This document shows, in pieces, positions 53,097 to 57,380 of a stretch of 57,380 nucleotides of DNA. Below the pieces are notes generated by a model. It was not told the DNA's origin. It saw only the letters and a program-made list of their open reading frames with translations, and did no database searches. Position numbers and translations under genes: made by a program. The stretch is from a virus (lineage: Duplodnaviria > Caudoviricetes): positions 1 to 57,380 of IMG/VR virus record IMGVR_UViG_3300032330_001137; one strand, given 5' to 3'. Within the stretch, counting starts at the first letter, position 1; every line of letters starts with the position of its first letter.

Positions 53097-54959
53097 TTAT
53101 TTGAACACCGAGGCGTCTAGGACAACGGCGGTGCATTTAGCGTAACCCCAGTTATAGGGCTCAACCGTCGAGCGCATAAGATATTTCCCAGTTCTAGGAA
53201 TATCCGGCGGCGAAGTTGCCGCGAGTGAGGAAGGGCTTACTTTCCCCTCTACGTCTTTTTTCGCTTCAGAAGTTACCTTTAGACTAGGGAAGTTTGTACC
53301 GTTCCAGTAGGCGGTTGCTGTAGCTTTTGCTTCAACTTTTTTAGTTGAATCTGCGATGGGTATCGCTGCATGGAGCGTTGCGGGTAGGGTGACAACATTT
53401 ATGTTGAGGCTGATGTCGTAGTCTTCCCCTTTAGTCTCGCCCTTCTCCTGCATATATGTCTCTTTAGAGCCTCTCACAGACGCGGTACCAGAGGCTGAGC
53501 ATCTTACTCCGACCTTAACGCCTTTGCATATAATGTTATTTGATACAGGCTTAAACATTGGCCAACTCAGTGGAGCCCCAACTTTTGCTTTTATCTGGGC
53601 CTCCGTTACTTTGTTATTATTCATTCTAACGAAGAAAGCGTGAACCGTAACCGGAATACTCACCCCTACGGGTTGTTCGATTTCGATATCGAGTTCCGGC
53701 CTAATCGTAGCCACGGCAGAGGCGGACGATCCTTCGGACCCGCTCAGAGCGAAGTTCTCTCCGTTCGCATAACCACTCCAATCACCTTTTGTTTCTCCAG
53801 TAGACTGCTCCGTGCTCCACACTATGCCAATGCTCTTTAAGATCTTAGGCAGGTCAACATCCATTCTTGAGGGAATCTCAATCATGTAATTGTCTAATTC
53901 GGTCGTCGGCGGATAAGTAACAGTCTTTAGCGAGCGGTCCTTATTTACAGCTTTATACGACGTATTAGCTGAGCCAGTACTAATATCAGTAGAGGGGACA
54001 AAAGTCTCTACGGTCATAACTTGAGCTGACAGTTCTGGATTCCATGCTGTGGAAACGAGCGTGGGCCATTCATCGACTTTGACGGTCTCCCGAACGTAGT
54101 CGCCGTTGCCTAAGTCCGTGACGCTGCTCTGAGCGATCAGAAGGCCAGTCTCCACATCGAGCTTCTCCGACGAGTAGGTCTCTTCGATATTACCGACAGT
54201 GGTTTCAACGTAGCTACGTTGACTAAGGAGCTTCTTGCCTGCCGCAGCTTTCCGATTACTCGAAATGGTTTTGACGAGTTTTACGTCAGGGTTGATCTGC
54301 TCTTCGGAAGCCTGTAGGAGATCAGTGCCTAAGACGGGAGTCTTTGCCTTACCCTCAACGATATTTTCGGTGGTGGTCCTAGGAATCAACGCCCTGAATT
54401 TATCCGGCATCAGATCAGGAACCTGAGTAGACAAAGAGACGTAGTCATCCAGCAACGCAGTCTCGACGTAAGTGTGAGTCTCCAGAACGTAGTGGGAATC
54501 CAGCTCCGTCTGTTCCGTCTTCTTCTGCTGCTTGTCGAAGAAGATGTAGGACACGCCATCGAATACTCCTGCCGGAACATCTGGCATCGCGTCTTTGAAC
54601 GCCGGAACGGACGCATCGAATTCTGCGCGGGGGGTGACGTATTCGCGTAAGACGATCTTGAACTCGCGATTCCCGCCGATATTCCGGTAGCCGGAAGAGA
54701 AGTTGTAGAGATCCTGATTCTCGCGATCCGCAGCGTAGAAGAACTCAAAGATCTCGTTACGCTCGATGTCAACGGGCTTGATGAAGATCAGCTTGTGGTG
54801 GGGCCACTTGACAGCGTTAGGGTGCGGTGTCCCGTATGCCGGAAAGTCGGAGCGGTTACAGTCACGGATCTCGCTGAAAAGGACATCGGTCGTAAGCGGA
54901 GTCGGAAAGATCTTCCGGTCCTGCCTATACGGGGCTTGGGGTAGGGCTGAGACTGGCAT
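53097..54959 (-). CDS. Putative tail structural protein
   Basis: 620 aa, beta-rich, downstream of the fiber gene. Confidence 0.6.
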   Translation of the reverse strand: MPVSALPQAPYRQDRKIFPTPLTTDVLFSEIRDCNRSDFPAYGTPHPNAVKWPHHKLIFIKPVDIERNEIFEFFYAADRENQDLYNFSSGYRNIGGNREFKIVLREYVTPRAEFDASVPAFKDAMPDVPAGVFDGVSYIFFDKQQKKTEQTELDSHYVLETHTYVETALLDDYVSLSTQVPDLMPDKFRALIPRTTTENIVEGKAKTPVLGTDLLQASEEQINPDVKLVKTISSNRKAAAGKKLLSQRSYVETTVGNIEETYSSEKLDVETGLLIAQSSVTDLGNGDYVRETVKVDEWPTLVSTAWNPELSAQVMTVETFVPSTDISTGSANTSYKAVNKDRSLKTVTYPPTTELDNYMIEIPSRMDVDLPKILKSIGIVWSTEQSTGETKGDWSGYANGENFALSGSEGSSASAVATIRPELDIEIEQPVGVSIPVTVHAFFVRMNNNKVTEAQIKAKVGAPLSWPMFKPVSNNIICKGVKVGVRCSASGTASVRGSKETYMQEKGETKGEDYDISLNINVVTLPATLHAAIPIADSTKKVEAKATATAYWNGTNFPSLKVTSEAKKDVEGKVSPSSLAATSPPDIPRTGKYLMRSTVEPYNWGYAKCTAVVLDASVFK

Positions 54960-54963
54960 GATT

Positions 54964-56397
54964 TTAGATTAGAGCGATTACTGATACATTCATAGCGTCT
55001 ACAGTCGCGCTATTTGCGGCATCAAGATTTGTAACAAATAATTCAATAAATTCAGTAGTAGTTAGCTCAACGATACACTGGCATGACCCGTGAGTTAAAC
55101 TACCCGCACCTGTAGCCGTTACTACAACACTTGATGAACTTAATTGGTTCCCGCCATTCGTGTAGAATACAAATTTATAATCATTTCCATTAGTCCCGTG
55201 GAAGCTTACTGTCGCAGATATAAAAAACCTACGAGTTGCAGTTCCCGTATACGTTAGCCGATTATTAAATGGATGCGTAAAGTTAGTTAGATAATTACTT
55301 GTTGTTGTCCCAGAAACTTTATAGAAGTTGCCAGTTGAGCTTATTGTTGTTGAGGCGTTTGACGAGATAGAATACTCACCGTATGCAGATTGATTAACAC
55401 CAGTTCCGCCGTTTACAACGGGCAAGACGCCAGTAACGCCAGTTGTCAAAGGCAAGCCAGTGCAGCTAGTGAGGACGCCAGCGGTAGGCGTTCCCAATGC
55501 CGGAGTAGTTAAAGACGGGCTTGTTTGCAATACCGCAAGACCTGATCCGGTGGCGGATGAAGATCCGGTTCCGCCGTTTGAGACGGGCAACGTACCGGTA
55601 ACGTGCGACGTTAATCCAACTTTTCCGTAGGCTGGCGGTGAGCCTATTCCACCGGACAGAAGAACGTTGCCTGTTGCAACGTCTGGGAGTTTGCTTAGAG
55701 CGTTTGCTGCGCTCGCGTATAAGACATCACCGATAGTGTAACCCGTTTGTCCGGTTCCGCCGTAGATAGCGGACAATGCTCCGGTAAGGGTGGTTGTTCC
55801 GAGATTGATTGATACGCCTCCGAGAGTTCCTCCGGTGATGGCGACGGCACTGGCTGCTTGAGTGGACATCGTGCCGAGACCCAAAGCAGATATAGCCGCA
55901 TCCGTATTGGCACTACCGATAATACTGCGCCCTACGGCGGTGCAGCTAATCGGGGCTACTGCACCAGTAACGTCGGATGAGTTTCCTAATACAGTATTGG
56001 CACTGATGTTCGCGAGCTTTGCAATAGGGAGCGAACCATCGGCAATCGCGGTAGCAGGAACAGCACCAACGGCCAATTTAGCGGAAGTCACTGCTCCATC
56101 TGCGATCTTGGCAGTAGTGACGTTCAGATCTAGGATCTTGGCAGTGGTCACATTGGCGTCCAAGATCTTCGCTGTGGTTACGTTGGCATCAAGGATCTTG
56201 GCAGTGGTGATATTAGCGTCCAAGATCTTTGCAGTGGTCACAGCGTTGGCTGCGATCTTCGCTGCGGTGACGTTGGCATCTAAGATCTTGGAGGTAATAA
56301 CCGCATTGTCAGCTAATTCAGCAGACGTGATCGTTGTGGGGCCAACCGAAGCGTAGCCTACATCGGAAATAATAAGGGTGTATGTATCAGAGGGCAT
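54964..56397 (-). CDS. Tail fiber protein
   Basis: (ILDANVTTAK)n 30-bp repeats, repeated G.LPV.NGGTG motifs, C-terminal beta domain. Confidence 0.8.
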   Translation of the reverse strand: MPSDTYTLIISDVGYASVGPTTITSAELADNAVITSKILDANVTAAKIAANAVTTAKILDANITTAKILDANVTTAKILDANVTTAKILDLNVTTAKIADGAVTSAKLAVGAVPATAIADGSLPIAKLANISANTVLGNSSDVTGAVAPISCTAVGRSIIGSANTDAAISALGLGTMSTQAASAVAITGGTLGGVSINLGTTTLTGALSAIYGGTGQTGYTIGDVLYASAANALSKLPDVATGNVLLSGGIGSPPAYGKVGLTSHVTGTLPVSNGGTGSSSATGSGLAVLQTSPSLTTPALGTPTAGVLTSCTGLPLTTGVTGVLPVVNGGTGVNQSAYGEYSISSNASTTISSTGNFYKVSGTTTSNYLTNFTHPFNNRLTYTGTATRRFFISATVSFHGTNGNDYKFVFYTNGGNQLSSSSVVVTATGAGSLTHGSCQCIVELTTTEFIELFVTNLDAANSATVDAMNVSVIALI

Positions 56398-56401
56398 AGG
56401 G

Positions 56402-56749
56402 TTAAACGTCGTTGGTTGCTTGTGGTCTTACAGAAACCGATCCGTAGAGGAGCCTACGCCGAACGGAGTTGATGTCCGCGAAAATATCGTATTCGTAGAG
56501 GCCAGTTCCGGCTCTGAGAGTTTTGGTGAGGGTCTTGGAGAGGCTCAACGTAGCGATTCCTGCGAGCGGAGTGGTCAACGCAGCTGTAAACGTCGTCGCT
56601 TGGGCTTTGGTTTTGACGTCCCGAATATCAGCATAGAAAGTAGCTCCAGTGATATCGATAGGAGTGATCCCATCAGCCTGCCGGATCGTAAGCACAAAGC
56701 TGTAATCCGCTGCACGGTCTAAAGTGATGTCGTAATTTGCTGCGAGCAT
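56402..56749 (-). CDS. Putative tail fiber adaptor; paralog of 508..846
   Basis: Shared motifs and the same position upstream of a fiber gene. Confidence 0.65.
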   Translation of the reverse strand: MLAANYDITLDRAADYSFVLTIRQADGITPIDITGATFYADIRDVKTKAQATTFTAALTTPLAGIATLSLSKTLTKTLRAGTGLYEYDIFADINSVRRRLLYGSVSVRPQATNDV

Positions 56750-56760
56750 GGCAAGTTGGT

Positions 56761-57015
56761 TTAACCCGTTACGCCTTTATAGAAAATAGCTGGTCCGCCA
56801 GTAATCGTTCCGCCTGTGAATAGCGTGTTGATGGTTACGCCAGCAGCGACAGCACCAACGGTTCCCGAAGAAATCAACGGAGTCGTTAAAGTAGTGGCCG
56901 TGATTGCTCCCAATGCAGTCATCGACACGTATTCGCCAGCGGCAAGAGTTCCACCAGTAGTGACGATCACGGCACCGCCGCGACCCGAGTTTTGTTTAAG
57001 GATATAGTCGGACAT
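56761..57015 (-). CDS. Small Gly/Thr-rich structural protein
   Basis: 84-aa ORF in the tail module. Confidence 0.6.
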   Translation of the reverse strand: MSDYILKQNSGRGGAVIVTTGGTLAAGEYVSMTALGAITATTLTTPLISSGTVGAVAAGVTINTLFTGGTITGGPAIFYKGVTG

Positions 57016-57148
57016 AAAATTAGTCTAAAGCGGTTGGTCAGGATTAGTTGGTGGGGTGTAAGTCAACACGTCCCAGAGGATATAAACAATTATCAGAACC
57101 CATTGTGCAAGGATCATTTGTCGGAGTGGGTGAACGTTTTGAGGTTCT

Positions 57149-57380
57149 TCATAGGGATTCAAGTTCAGCTTGTTTGGCAGCGATTTCCGCCACGATTTCG
57201 AGTTTGCGTTTTTCCACGGAAGGTAATTCGGCTTCGGTAAGAACTTGCTCGATGGCTGAAACCGTGGCGGCGTCATCGAGATCGGCGTCCTTGATGGCAT
57301 CCTTGATCGAGTCAATCAGCGCATTCTTCGCGGCGAGTTCAGCTTGGATAATAGCGAGTTCGTTTGCATGAGTATCCGTC
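57149..57380 (-). CDS. Coiled-coil protein, C-terminal part (enters from the right edge)
   Basis: Open frame ...HANELAIIQAELAAKN...AAKQAELESL*. Confidence 0.6.
   Translation of the reverse strand, partial: TDTHANELAIIQAELAAKNALIDSIKDAIKDADLDDAATVSAIEQVLTEAELPSVEKRKLEIVAEIAAKQAELESL

Noticed and set aside
1-57380. Window as a complete circular genome
   Set aside because: The truncated ORFs at the two edges look like different proteins (fiber versus acidic coiled coil) and I saw no terminal overlap, so some sequence is probably missing
1-57380. tRNA, rRNA, integrase or IS elements
   Set aside because: None recognisable by eye; tRNAscan and HMM searches were not run

Overview
The window is most of the genome of a tailed dsDNA phage, probably podovirus-like, with both ends truncated inside tail/virion genes. 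Leftward blocks encode the head (portal, scaffold, major capsid), the large terminase, three putative ejection proteins including a 4414-aa polyvalent protein, a lysis cassette (amidase, holin-like, overlapping spanin-like pair) and tail genes. Rightward blocks encode a GC-rich early region (MoxR-like AAA+, unknown protein, metallopeptidase-vWA, two hexapeptide-repeat paralogs) and a replication region (RuvC-like, SF2 helicase, small-gene array with a dATP/dGTP diphosphohydrolase, Cas4-like nuclease, SSB-like, PolA, primase-helicase). I saw no integrase, RNA polymerase, reverse transcriptase or tRNA. Structures the gene list does not explain: (1) five hairpins with a conserved TAGTG(C/A)-N4/5-(G/T)CACTA core, each just after an early-gene stop codon; (2) a recurring TSFGD linker, partly an exact 26-bp DNA repeat, that separates glycosylase-, GNAT- and ART-like modules in the giant protein; (3) two copies of a 36-bp palindrome 24 kb apart, one nested in a concentric 164-bp dyad; (4) an array of small genes built from shared DNA segments; (5) a 27-bp direct repeat in the capsid leader; (6) repeated leaderless sigma70-type promoters. 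Family assignments come from motifs and gene order read by eye, not from database searches.
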